Source: Gottfriedia acidiceleris
Lineage (GTDB): Bacteria > Bacillota > Bacilli > Bacillales > Bacillaceae_G
Direction of reading: 5' to 3'
Length of the DNA: 24,000 bases
Assembly (NCBI RefSeq): GCF_004138285.1
Contig: NZ_SCFN01000026.1
Location: 1 to 24,000, forward strand
Position 1 is the first letter of the stretch, and each line of letters opens with the position of its first letter. A program made the translations under genes and the position numbers. Under the pieces are notes generated by a model. That model saw nothing but the letters and a program-made list of their open reading frames with translations. It ran no database searches and was not told the DNA's origin. Below, one piece after another: positions 1 through 9,261 of this stretch.

Positions 1-34
1 AGTCAAACGCTCTATCCAATTGAGCTACGGGCGC
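1..34 (-). tRNA. tRNA, 5' portion only (cut by window edge); best match tRNA-Arg(ACG) type
   Basis: Reverse complement of 1-34 reads GCGCCCGTAGCTCAATTGGATAGAGCGTTTGACT: acceptor stem, D-arm and 5' side of the anticodon stem. The anticodon is outside the window, so the Arg call rests on recalled similarity to Bacillus tRNA-Arg. Confidence 0.7.
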
Positions 35-72
35 ATATTGTAAAGTGTGTCGTCTTCGTTAGCGACTTTTAC

Positions 73-101
73 AGTTTATAACATCCAACTGTTTATGTCA
101 A
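73..101 (-). promoter_or_regulatory. sigma-A-type promoter (proximal) for the left-edge tRNA
   Basis: Minus strand: TTGACA (101-96), 17-nt spacer, TAAACT (78-73), with an A/T-rich tract upstream. Lies about 40 nt upstream of the tRNA 5' end. Confidence 0.55.
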
Positions 102-188
102 CACTTTTTTAAAAGTTTTTTAAACTTTAAAAGCTTACTACGATAAGCTTTCGTTGACTTCGTTAACTTGTCTGACGTGACTTAAACT

Positions 189-217
189 ATACTAAAGCAT
201 CGGACAATCAATGTCAA
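189..217 (-). promoter_or_regulatory. sigma-A-type promoter (distal), tandem with the proximal one
   Basis: Minus strand: TTGACA (217-212), 17-nt spacer, TAGTAT (194-189), preceded by a long A/T run (UP-element-like). The tandem P1/P2 layout is typical of stable-RNA operons. Confidence 0.5.
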
Positions 218-618
218 CATTTTTTATAAAAAAAAATCACGAGTAATCCACTTTTTATTAACATATTTGATTTAACTGGACTTATAGAGCCTTTTTAAGT
301 TATAAATATAGCTTTAATCAGTACATATTTAACATTTCTGACATAGTACTACACAACAATAAATGAATTACTATAGTACTATTTAAAGACAAGCTCTGAT
401 AAAAGTAAATCATCCCCCTTTCCTAATATAACCAAGAAGTTCTTAGTTTCCTTACTTTGATATTTTATAGTGAAAGAATTGGTATAAATAATATGTTTTA
501 GAGTAACTATGAAGTGTTTTCGAATACTTTGTTCTATTAAATAAAAAATATTATTAATGAGCATTAAAAAAGATATTAAACTAATATAAGGTAATCTAAC
601 TAATAGGAAGTGTGAAAA

Positions 619-2061
619 ATGGATATTAATTTTCTTACAATCCTCCTTATCATTAATATACTTCTAGCAGGAGTACTAGTATTTATCGAAAAAAGAGATG
701 TTGTCGCCACATGGGCGTGGCTAATGATCTTACTTTTTATACCTATAGTGGGATTTTTACTATATTTATTTTTAGGTAGGCAGCTAAAACAAAAAAATTT
801 CTACCATCTATCTACTAAAGAAAGAACCTATCTTCAATTAGCGGTTACAGACCAAGCTAATAAAATTCATAATGATCAAAGTTTTCATCAAGATGAGCTA
901 CTATCAAAGCATTCACATTTAATTATGATGAATTTAAAATCAGCTAACGCTTTATTAACGACAGATAATGAAATCCAAACGTTTCGAGATGGACACGAAA
1001 AGTTTAATTCTCTATTCAAAGACATACAACTTGCCCAAAAAGAGATTAATATTCAGTACTATATCATCCAGCGAGATTCGTTAGGAAAAAAACTTAGAGA
1101 TGAACTTTCAAAAAAAGCAGAAGAAGGTGTAAAGGTACGAGTCCTTTACGATGACATTGGTTCCAAAAGAATTACCCCTTCTTTTTTCAAAGAACTTGTT
1201 AAGCATGGTGGAGAGGTAAAAGCTTTCTTCCCTTCATTCTTAAGACTCATCAATTTTCGATTAAATAATAGGAATCACAGAAAACTGTGTATTATCGATG
1301 GAAGAATTGCTTATATAGGAGGGTTCAATATTGGAAATGAATATCTTGGTATTGATCAGAAATTTGGTTATTGGAGAGACACTCATTTTCGTATAAAGGG
1401 AGAATCAGTAAACCAAATTCAAGGTAGATTTATTTTAGACTGGCAACAGGCTACTAATCAACCTGTACATAATATAGAAGAATTCTCATTTAATAATGAA
1501 AAAAATATCGGAAGTACCCCTATCCAAATAGTTGCAAGTGGACCAAATTCAGAAACAGAGCACTTAAAAAACATGTACGTTAAGTTAATTATGTCTGCCA
1601 AAAAAAGTGTTTATATTCAAACACCGTATTTTATTCCAGATGCAAGCATTATGGATGCGTGCAAAATCGCAATTTTATCCGGTATCGATTTAAGAATAAT
1701 GATTCCAAGTAAACCTGATCACCCATTCGTGTATTGGGCATCTCTATCGTACGCTGGAGAACTTTTATCGTATGGCGCAAAGATATTACTTTACGAGAAT
1801 GGTTTTTTACATGCTAAAACAATCGTTGTTGATCATGAAGTAGCTTCTGTAGGAACTACGAATATTGATACACGTAGTTTTAAATTAAATTTTGAAATAA
1901 ACGCGATTACCTATTCAGAAGAAAAAGCTTCTGAGCTACAAAATCTTTTTTTACTTGATAGTAATCATAGTAGTGAGCTTACAATTGAAAAATATCAAAA
2001 GCGATCAGTCATAATCAAGCTAAAAGAAGCTATCTCACGCCTCTTATCTCCAATATTATAA
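619..2061 (+). CDS. cls: cardiolipin synthase (phospholipase D superfamily)
   Basis: 480-aa ORF with two N-terminal TM helices and two HKD motifs (HRKLCIIDG, HAKTIVVD). SD AGGAAGTG lies 6 nt upstream of the ATG. Confidence 0.93.
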   Translation: MDINFLTILLIINILLAGVLVFIEKRDVVATWAWLMILLFIPIVGFLLYLFLGRQLKQKNFYHLSTKERTYLQLAVTDQANKIHNDQSFHQDELLSKHSHLIMMNLKSANALLTTDNEIQTFRDGHEKFNSLFKDIQLAQKEINIQYYIIQRDSLGKKLRDELSKKAEEGVKVRVLYDDIGSKRITPSFFKELVKHGGEVKAFFPSFLRLINFRLNNRNHRKLCIIDGRIAYIGGFNIGNEYLGIDQKFGYWRDTHFRIKGESVNQIQGRFILDWQQATNQPVHNIEEFSFNNEKNIGSTPIQIVASGPNSETEHLKNMYVKLIMSAKKSVYIQTPYFIPDASIMDACKIAILSGIDLRIMIPSKPDHPFVYWASLSYAGELLSYGAKILLYENGFLHAKTIVVDHEVASVGTTNIDTRSFKLNFEINAITYSEEKASELQNLFLLDSNHSSELTIEKYQKRSVIIKLKEAISRLLSPIL

Positions 2062-2064
2062 TTA

Positions 2065-2099
2065 AAAAACATTACTTAACAGTAATGTTTTTTTATTTT
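2065..2099 (+). terminator. rho-independent terminator after cls
   Basis: 12-bp perfect stem AAAAACATTACT/AGTAATGTTTTT, loop TAAC, then a T-run. Confidence 0.85.
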
Positions 2100-2193
2100 A
2101 TCTTTATAGTTTCAAAATGAAAGGTGATATCAGCTTTTCTGTAGAATAATGGTTATAGTTAACAGATTATTTAAAAATTAAAGAAGGTGAAAT

Positions 2194-3012
2194 ATGAATA
2201 TTATTAAGAAGATATTTTTAGTTTTTTTAACTCTTTCATTTCTATCGATAAGTTTCTTTACAAATCCAACTTCTACCTATGCAGCAAATAAAGTTTATAC
2301 TGTAACTGCTAGTAAACTAAATGTCCGTAGTGGGCCAAGTACATCATATAAGTTGGTTGGTGCTGTTAAAAAAGGCCAACTTTTAACGGTTATTAATAAA
2401 CAATCCAATGGATGGTATAAAATTAAATTTAAAAAAACAACAGGATTTATAAATGGGAAATATGTGACGGCGGAGTTCACTAACGTTAAATCATTAGATA
2501 AAAGTATTATTGTTGACTTGAAATATAACACAACCAATAACTTTACTGGCAAACGTATTTATAATTTTAGTCAAGCAATACTTAGGACAAGCACAGCAAA
2601 AAAATTAGCAAAAGCAAACGCAATACTGAAAGAACAAGGATATACAATTAAAGTATGGGATGCTTATCGTCCTTTATCTGCACAACAAACACTTTGGAAT
2701 GCATATCCTAATTCGAATTATGTAGCTAAACCTGATCCTAAAAATATCCGTGGACACCAACTTGGCGCAACGGTGGATATTACACTATGTACTATAGATG
2801 GAAAAGAAGTACAAATACAATCTAAATTCGATGATTTTTCTTCACGAGCATCTCGAAGCTATAAACGAAGCAGTGTACAAGAAAAGTATTATCAAATTAT
2901 AGATAAGGCAATGAGACAAGTAGGTTTTGTAGGCTATTCTAAAGAATGGTGGCATTACTCTGATAATAATCAAAACTTTAAAGCTGTCCAGGTAAATCCT
3001 GCAAATTATTAA
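2194..3012 (+). CDS. secreted SH3b-domain D-alanyl-D-alanine dipeptidase (peptidase M15D, VanX/DdpX family)
   Basis: Signal peptide ending TYA/AN. SH3_3-like segment (YTVTASKLNVRSGPS...GWYKIKF). VanX-family motifs VDLKYNTTNNFTG, VWDAYRP, GHQLGATVDITL (HxxGxAxD zinc site) and EWWHY. SD AGAAGGTG. Confidence 0.88.
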   Translation: MNIIKKIFLVFLTLSFLSISFFTNPTSTYAANKVYTVTASKLNVRSGPSTSYKLVGAVKKGQLLTVINKQSNGWYKIKFKKTTGFINGKYVTAEFTNVKSLDKSIIVDLKYNTTNNFTGKRIYNFSQAILRTSTAKKLAKANAILKEQGYTIKVWDAYRPLSAQQTLWNAYPNSNYVAKPDPKNIRGHQLGATVDITLCTIDGKEVQIQSKFDDFSSRASRSYKRSSVQEKYYQIIDKAMRQVGFVGYSKEWWHYSDNNQNFKAVQVNPANY

Positions 3013-3016
3013 TGCT

Positions 3017-3056
3017 AAAACTCACTTTTGAATAAAAACAAAAGTGAGTTTTTTTA
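3017..3056 (+). terminator. rho-independent terminator (stem symmetric; may also serve convergent frlR)
   Basis: 14-bp stem AAAACTCACTTTTG/CAAAAGTGAGTTTT, 8-nt loop, T-run on the plus strand. Confidence 0.85.
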
Positions 3057-3092
3057 TAAATATATGTATTCCATTTAAAATAGTAATTATCT

Positions 3093-3821
3093 CTATTTTG
3101 TGCGATGGACGGTTAAGGTTACTTTACTCGTTTCACACATAAACGTTGAAAGGTGGACAGGTTCCTCATTTGAATCATAGGCGATTTTTAAGATTTTAAA
3201 GAGATTGGCTCCTATATCGCATTCAAGGTAACTGGCATATACTTTTGTCGCACCGATTACGTCGATGGTTTTATCGTTGCTTAGAATTTCTGTATTATAG
3301 TCCTTTGAGAGAACTTTATATGTGGATTCGTCTGTTGCTATTTTCTTTTCCAAATCAGGAAAACGAATTAGTGAGTAATGTGCAATATCATAAAAAAGTG
3401 GACGGTCGTTCACATACATAAGTCGCTCAAGTTCTAGTACGCGACTTCCTTCCTCAACTTTGAGATGTTCTGCAACATCCTTTGGTGCCGGGATGACTTC
3501 ACTTCTAAGGATTCGGGAATTTGGAATCATCCCTAGTTGGTGGCTAAACTCTGAGAATCCGCTTACAGATAACAGTTCATTATTAAACTTATTCGAAGCT
3601 ACAAACGTCCCTCTGCGTGGTATGCGTGTCAATGTACCATCCTTCACTAATTCCTCAATGGCCTTTCGAATAGTGATTCGACTGACATTATACGTTTCAC
3701 AAAGCTCAGCTTCTGTGGGAATCTGTTGATCCGGTTTATATTTCCCTTGTTGGATATCATTCTGTAGCATTTGCCTTATCTGCATATAGAGAGGCTGTGG
3801 GGTTGAAGAATTTAGGTTCAT
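3093..3821 (-). CDS. frlR: GntR/HutC-family transcriptional regulator, FrlR-like
   Basis: Winged-HTH block IPTEAELCETYNVSRITIRKAIEELV followed by a UTRA-type C-terminal domain. Last gene of the frl-like cluster. ORF track starts at TTG 3842; I prefer ATG 3821 (AGGA about 8 nt upstream), with ATG 3830 as an alternative. Confidence 0.85.
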   Translation of the reverse strand: MNLNSSTPQPLYMQIRQMLQNDIQQGKYKPDQQIPTEAELCETYNVSRITIRKAIEELVKDGTLTRIPRRGTFVASNKFNNELLSVSGFSEFSHQLGMIPNSRILRSEVIPAPKDVAEHLKVEEGSRVLELERLMYVNDRPLFYDIAHYSLIRFPDLEKKIATDESTYKVLSKDYNTEILSNDKTIDVIGATKVYASYLECDIGANLFKILKIAYDSNEEPVHLSTFMCETSKVTLTVHRTK

Positions 3822-3840
3822 AATTTTCATCCTATCCGTC

Positions 3841-3870
3841 AATGTTTTTCAACATTATTATACACTGCCG
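3841..3870 (-). promoter_or_regulatory. candidate frlR promoter with extended -10, plus overlapping palindrome
   Basis: Minus strand TGTATAAT (3864-3857), a TGnTATAAT match, with a weak -35 GTGACG. The palindrome AATGTT-N4-AACATT (3841-3856) follows immediately downstream. Confidence 0.45.
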
Positions 3871-3881
3871 ACTAGTTATCG

Positions 3882-4664
3882 TCACCATGCACCGAAATAG
3901 CCAATTGTTTTTGCAGCTTTTTTAGTCCCCAATTCCAAACACTGTTGGATCGAAAGGCCCTGTAAAGTACCATAAAGAAAACCAGCTATGAAAGAATCTC
4001 CTGCTCCCATCGTATCTACAACGTTATCTTCTAATATTCCAAATTGATAAAAATGTTTGCCATCGAAAGCAAGAGATCCATTTTCTCCAAGCGTAGCAAC
4101 TGTCATCTTGGAACCTTGTGTTTTTACATCTTTTAAAAATCCCCTGATAAATTCATCATCTTTTTTATAAGAAAAAAAGGAATAGTCCACAAAACTAGGC
4201 AGTGTCCTTACTAAATCGTGCTCTAACTGGTCTGAAAAATCAAATGCAGTAAGCAACCCTTTTTGTTTAAAAAGTGGATAATACCCCTCGACATGTCCCC
4301 ATATACCAGCATGGACAAGTTGATGGGTTTGAATAAACTCCTGTTCCTTATCAGTTAAAGTGAACTGAGCCATTACTCCTTCATCATAATCTCCAAAATG
4401 GCGGTCATTATTAACCAATTCAACATGGGTAACAGCTGTTTTTCCTATCTTTTTAGAAATAAACGACGTATCGACACCTTTACTCTTAATCGACTTAATC
4501 ATTTGTTCACCGAAAAAATCACTTCCAACCCAGCCGATATACGAAGAGTCTGCCCCTAACTCCTTTAAGTAAACAGCAACATTTACCGGATTTCCTCCGG
4601 GATACACTTTTTCGTTTGCAAGATAGACATCCATACAGTTATCGCCGACTGTAACAATTCTCAT
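3882..4664 (-). CDS. frlD: fructoselysine 6-kinase-like PfkB-family sugar kinase
   Basis: 260 aa. Motifs GDNCMDVY, GGNPVNVAVY, DTMGAGDSFIAGF and a C-terminal GAW closely track recalled E. coli FrlD. Confidence 0.85.
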   Translation of the reverse strand: MRIVTVGDNCMDVYLANEKVYPGGNPVNVAVYLKELGADSSYIGWVGSDFFGEQMIKSIKSKGVDTSFISKKIGKTAVTHVELVNNDRHFGDYDEGVMAQFTLTDKEQEFIQTHQLVHAGIWGHVEGYYPLFKQKGLLTAFDFSDQLEHDLVRTLPSFVDYSFFSYKKDDEFIRGFLKDVKTQGSKMTVATLGENGSLAFDGKHFYQFGILEDNVVDTMGAGDSFIAGFLYGTLQGLSIQQCLELGTKKAAKTIGYFGAW

Positions 4665-4698
4665 CTAATCCCAACCTTCTTTTTAATCTAAGAAACGA

Positions 4699-4715
4699 GC
4701 ACTACTATGTAGTGC
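4699..4715 (-). other. intercistronic hairpin between frlB and frlD
   Basis: 7-bp stem GCACTAC/GTAGTGC with a 3-nt loop. On the minus strand it is followed by TCGTTTCTT, a weak U-tract. Possible partial terminator or processing/stability element. Confidence 0.35.
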
Positions 4716-4726
4716 CCATAAATTTT

Positions 4727-5740
4727 TTAATATTCTACTTTGCGGTAGTATCTTCTTAGGTCTAATGAGTGGTTTCTTTCCCTTTCAAGGTATACACTGA
4801 TTCGACTTAAAACTGCCCAGTTAATACTGATAGAAAAGTGTTTTCTAAATTCCTCACTAATGCCTAGCAATTCAAAGTCCTTTGTATCAATTACGGTTAA
4901 TTGATCCGTAATTTTTTCAACAAACCTTTCAACACGATCCATCAATGGTCTTGTTTCATCTTCACCTTTAAGTAAAATAACACTAGTATCCTCAACTACC
5001 AGTTCAAGCGTACCATGGAAAAACTCCGCTGCATGGATGGATTTTGCATGAATCCATTGCATCTCCTCCAAAATACACATTGCGTATGAATAAGTGTTTC
5101 CCCATAAGTTACCTGAGCCCACCATCATATGGTAATCTGTATCCTTATGTTTAATAGCAAATTCCTCAGCCTTTTTATCAAAGTCTTTTACGGCAGCTAA
5201 AATCGCTTGTGGCAACAAGGAAACTTCTTTTGTGAACTTTTCATATTGCGGAAATTCATTGTTATTATACATGAAGCGAAATACTACCATGTACAACAGC
5301 ATAAAGAACGTATCAAATGAATGTTTTTCTGAACCTGTTGTGATACAGTAATCCACTACCTGCGTTAATGGAGTATTCGCCTCTGCTACTAATGCAATTG
5401 TAGTAGCACCCCTTTCTTTACAAAACTCTGCAGCCGCTACAGTTTCTTGTGTTGTCCCTGAAACAGAAGTAAAAATACACACAGAATCCCTTGAAAATTG
5501 CTTATTGTTCATGACCATAAACTCGGCAGCGATTTCAGCATGTACATTGATCGTTGAATTTGATTCTAAAATATATTTATAAGGATACATCATTGCAATA
5601 GTTCCGCCAGCACCAATCAGGAAAAGATTGCTGTAACCTTTTTGACAGATTGAATCGACGATATCCTCAATTTTACTTCTAAATGCAAGTCCTTCTTTTT
5701 CCACAAGTTTTAAAAATAACGCTTCATCAAATTTTAACAT
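4727..5740 (-). CDS. frlB: fructoselysine-6-phosphate deglycase-like, double SIS-domain protein
   Basis: 337 aa with SIS signatures (FLIGAGGT, TSVSGTTQET). The C-terminal RRYYRKVEY resembles the E. coli FrlB tail RRYYGGLVEY. SD AGGGGGA lies 7 nt upstream. Confidence 0.85.
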   Translation of the reverse strand: MLKFDEALFLKLVEKEGLAFRSKIEDIVDSICQKGYSNLFLIGAGGTIAMMYPYKYILESNSTINVHAEIAAEFMVMNNKQFSRDSVCIFTSVSGTTQETVAAAEFCKERGATTIALVAEANTPLTQVVDYCITTGSEKHSFDTFFMLLYMVVFRFMYNNNEFPQYEKFTKEVSLLPQAILAAVKDFDKKAEEFAIKHKDTDYHMMVGSGNLWGNTYSYAMCILEEMQWIHAKSIHAAEFFHGTLELVVEDTSVILLKGEDETRPLMDRVERFVEKITDQLTVIDTKDFELLGISEEFRKHFSISINWAVLSRISVYLERERNHSLDLRRYYRKVEY

Positions 5741-5760
5741 GGTTAGATCCCCCTAAAATA

Positions 5761-5806
5761 TATTTGTTATGTCTTGTATTATAATTAAATATAACAAATA
5801 AAGCAA
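5761..5806 (-). promoter_or_regulatory. frlB promoter with embedded inverted-repeat operator (copy 1 of the conserved 40-mer)
   Basis: Minus strand: TTGCTT (5806-5801), 17 nt, TATAAT (5783-5778). The 10-bp inverted repeat TATTTGTTAT (5761-5770) / ATAACAAATA (5791-5800) brackets the -10. 33/40 identical to 8091-8130. Confidence 0.65.
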
Positions 5807-5815
5807 TCGCATTTT

Positions 5816-7239
<1,424 letters not shown>

Positions 7240-8061
7240 TTATACAATTCCTAATTCATTTAGTTTCACTAAGGATTTTTTAACAGCATCTAGTGGATTT
7301 TGATAGTAAGTTGACCCCATAATTTCAAGGGTGCATGCCCCATCGTATTGGTGCTTTTGAACGCTTTTTACATATTCTCTCCATTGTAAATTACCATCAT
7401 CTAATGCAAGATGAGAATCTGACTTGCTATCACCATCTATTAAATGGAAATGACATAACTCAGGAAGCAATAAAAAATAATCATCTGGTGTTTCACCCGC
7501 CAGGTTCATTGCAACGGTATCAATCATCCCTTTTAAATTAGGGGATTTTATTTCTTCAATCATTCTCTTTAATCCCCGCGTATTAATAATTAAATTAGAT
7601 TCGAATCTTGTTAATGGTTCAAGTGCAAGCGTGATACCCTCGTGCTCCGCCACCTTTGTAATTTGATATATTGATTCACTTGCATATTTCCACGATTCTT
7701 CTTTTGTTAAGGAGAAATCACCTATTCCTGAAGTAATTAGCATCTTTTCCGTCTCCAATTCCACAGCAGAGTGAATATTTTCAATAAAATAATCAATACT
7801 CGTTTTTCGCCAATTCGAATCTGAAGCAGCAAGGTTGTAAGGATAAATGCATTGTTCTGGAGTATAGCAGACTATTTCCATACTTCTAGCTTTAATTTCT
7901 TTCTTTATCTTTCTCAAATTGCAAAGCAAGTTTCTATAAACATAGAGGTGTGGTTCACCAGCCCATAATTCAATGCTACTGATGCCTAATTGGTCCATAC
8001 AATCCAAAAAATATTGGATAGGATAATGCTTGAATGTAATATTCATCCCTGCTATTTTCAT
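7240..8061 (-). CDS. frlC: xylose-isomerase-like TIM-barrel sugar epimerase, FrlC-like (fructoselysine 3-epimerase)
   Basis: 273 aa. Motifs CYTPE..YPYN, LEPLTRFESN and HFHLIDGDSKSDSH match recalled E. coli FrlC blocks. Strong SD AAAGGAGGT. Confidence 0.8.
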   Translation of the reverse strand: MKIAGMNITFKHYPIQYFLDCMDQLGISSIELWAGEPHLYVYRNLLCNLRKIKKEIKARSMEIVCYTPEQCIYPYNLAASDSNWRKTSIDYFIENIHSAVELETEKMLITSGIGDFSLTKEESWKYASESIYQITKVAEHEGITLALEPLTRFESNLIINTRGLKRMIEEIKSPNLKGMIDTVAMNLAGETPDDYFLLLPELCHFHLIDGDSKSDSHLALDDGNLQWREYVKSVQKHQYDGACTLEIMGSTYYQNPLDAVKKSLVKLNELGIV

Positions 8062-8090
8062 TGATTACCTCCTTTCTCTTAAAGTTATTT

Positions 8091-8136
8091 TATTTGTTAT
8101 GCTTTGTATTATAATCAAGAATAACATAAAACACAA
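8091..8136 (-). promoter_or_regulatory. frlC-frlA promoter with operator (copy 2 of the conserved 40-mer)
   Basis: Minus strand: TTGTGT (8136-8131), 17 nt, TATAAT (8113-8108). Half-sites TATTTGTTAT (8091-8100) and ATAACATAAA (8121-8130). Confidence 0.6.
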
Positions 8137-8280
8137 TAAATTTTAAAAATTTTTAATATTCATTTTCAAATTCTACAAATCCCAGATTCCTAATCAAACA
8201 ATGCTATTGGGAAACGGTTTTCCTATACTTCTAGAGTTAAGTACCTTGACCAACTAGTCTATAAACGTCATAAAATTTTT

Positions 8281-8315
8281 AAACACAAAAAGGCCTCTAC
8301 ATTACGTAGAAGCCT
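8281..8315 (-). terminator. rho-independent terminator ending the tRNA transcription unit
   Basis: 11-bp stem (8289-8299/8305-8315) with one position that pairs (G:U) only in the minus-strand RNA. Followed by TTGTGTTT. Confidence 0.8.
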
Positions 8316-8338
8316 TATTACTTTTATATATAATTTGA

Positions 8339-8421
<83 letters not shown>

Positions 8422-8434
8422 GAATAAACAAAAG

Positions 8435-8507
8435 TGAGCCATGAAGGATTCGAACCTTCGACCCTCTGATTAAAAGTCAGATGCTCTACCTACTGAGCTA
8501 ATGGCTC
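8435..8507 (-). tRNA. tRNA-Lys(UUU)
   Basis: Minus strand GAGCCATTAGCTCAGTAGGTAGAGCATCTGACTTTTAATCAGAGGGTCGAAGGTTCGAATCCTTCATGGCTCA. Canonical cloverleaf, anticodon TTT. Confidence 0.95.
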
Positions 8508-8623
8508 ATAATAATACGATTTATAAAATATAGCCCATTCTATTAGACGTCCTTGTCTCAGATAGAAATTCAAGTAGCAGTTCAACAAGTACGCTGAAGT
8601 AATCGCTTCGTAGCATATTCGTT

Positions 8624-8650
8624 CGTGCTCTACCTACTGAGCTAATGGCT
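8624..8650 (-). pseudogene. truncated tRNA-Lys copy (acceptor 5' strand + D-arm only)
   Basis: Minus strand GAGCCATTAGCTCAGTAGGTAGAGCAC equals nt 1-26 of the intact tRNA-Lys at 8435-8507, then similarity is lost. Its upstream flank (8651-8675) also resembles the flank of the intact gene (8508-8532). Confidence 0.85.
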
Positions 8651-8778
8651 CGTAATATAAAGATATTACAAGTATAACTAAATACCATATATTTTTAAAC
8701 CAACTTACTGTTTACACGATCGCGCCTAAGATAAAAGCAAATCCCCTTACCTTAAACATATTTATAAAAAAACTAAAA

Positions 8779-8853
8779 TGGCTGGGCTACCTGGATTCGA
8801 ACCAGGGCATGACGGAATCAAAATCCGTTGCCTTACCGCTTGGCTATAGCCCA
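8779..8853 (-). tRNA. tRNA-Gln(UUG), copy 1, CCA encoded
   Basis: Minus strand TGGGCTATAGCCAAGCGGTAAGGCAACGGATTTTGATTCCGTCATGCCCTGGTTCGAATCCAGGTAGCCCAGCCA. Identical to copy 2. Confidence 0.95.
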
Positions 8854-8892
8854 TTGATATAACATCATGAATCAACTTCTCCGAGTAACCTT

Positions 8893-8976
8893 CATGAACC
8901 TGCACCGCAGGATTTTTTTTATGTTGTATTGCCCTACCTCTTGAATTAACTCCTCAAGATAAAAAACAATCCGACA
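8893..8976. repeat. 84-bp conserved core repeat, copy 1 of 5
   Basis: CATGAACCTGCACCGCAGGATTTTTTTTATGTTGTATTGCCCTACCTCTTGAATTAACTCCTCAAGATAAAAAACAATCCGACA. Two substitutions from the consensus. Confidence 0.9.
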
Positions 8977-9014
8977 TTTCGAAACTCATCTTTATCAAGA
9001 ATACGAAATAACTT

Positions 9015-9097
9015 CATGAACCTGCACCGCAGGATTTTTTTTATGTTGTATTGCCCTACCTCTCGAATCAGCTCCTCAAGATAAAAACAATCCGACA
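9015..9097. repeat. 84-bp conserved core repeat, copy 2 of 5
   Basis: Same core, 83 nt: three substitutions and an A5 run instead of A6. Confidence 0.9.
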
Positions 9098-9135
9098 TTT
9101 CAATATACTTCTTATTGTAGAATACGAATTAACTA

Positions 9136-9219
9136 CATGAACCTGCACCGCAGAATTTTTTTTATGTTGTATTGCCCTACCTCTCGAATTAACTCCGCAA
9201 GATAAAAAACAATCCGACA
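9136..9219. repeat. 84-bp conserved core repeat, copy 3 of 5
   Basis: Same core, 84 nt: one substitution (GCAGG to GCAGA). Confidence 0.9.
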
Positions 9220-9261
9220 CTCTAAAAAAATACAAATATACTCTACCTTACAAAAAACAAA

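Noticed and set aside
379-564. 61-aa minus-strand ORF upstream of cls
   Set aside because: No SD, AT-rich low-complexity composition, no recognisable family, and it lies in promoter/leader DNA.
2194-3012. VanX homolog as evidence of a vancomycin-resistance operon
   Set aside because: There are no vanH, vanA/B-type ligase, vanY or vanRS genes nearby. The protein is exported and SH3b-fused. The ddl in the window has the usual housekeeping context (ddl-murF).
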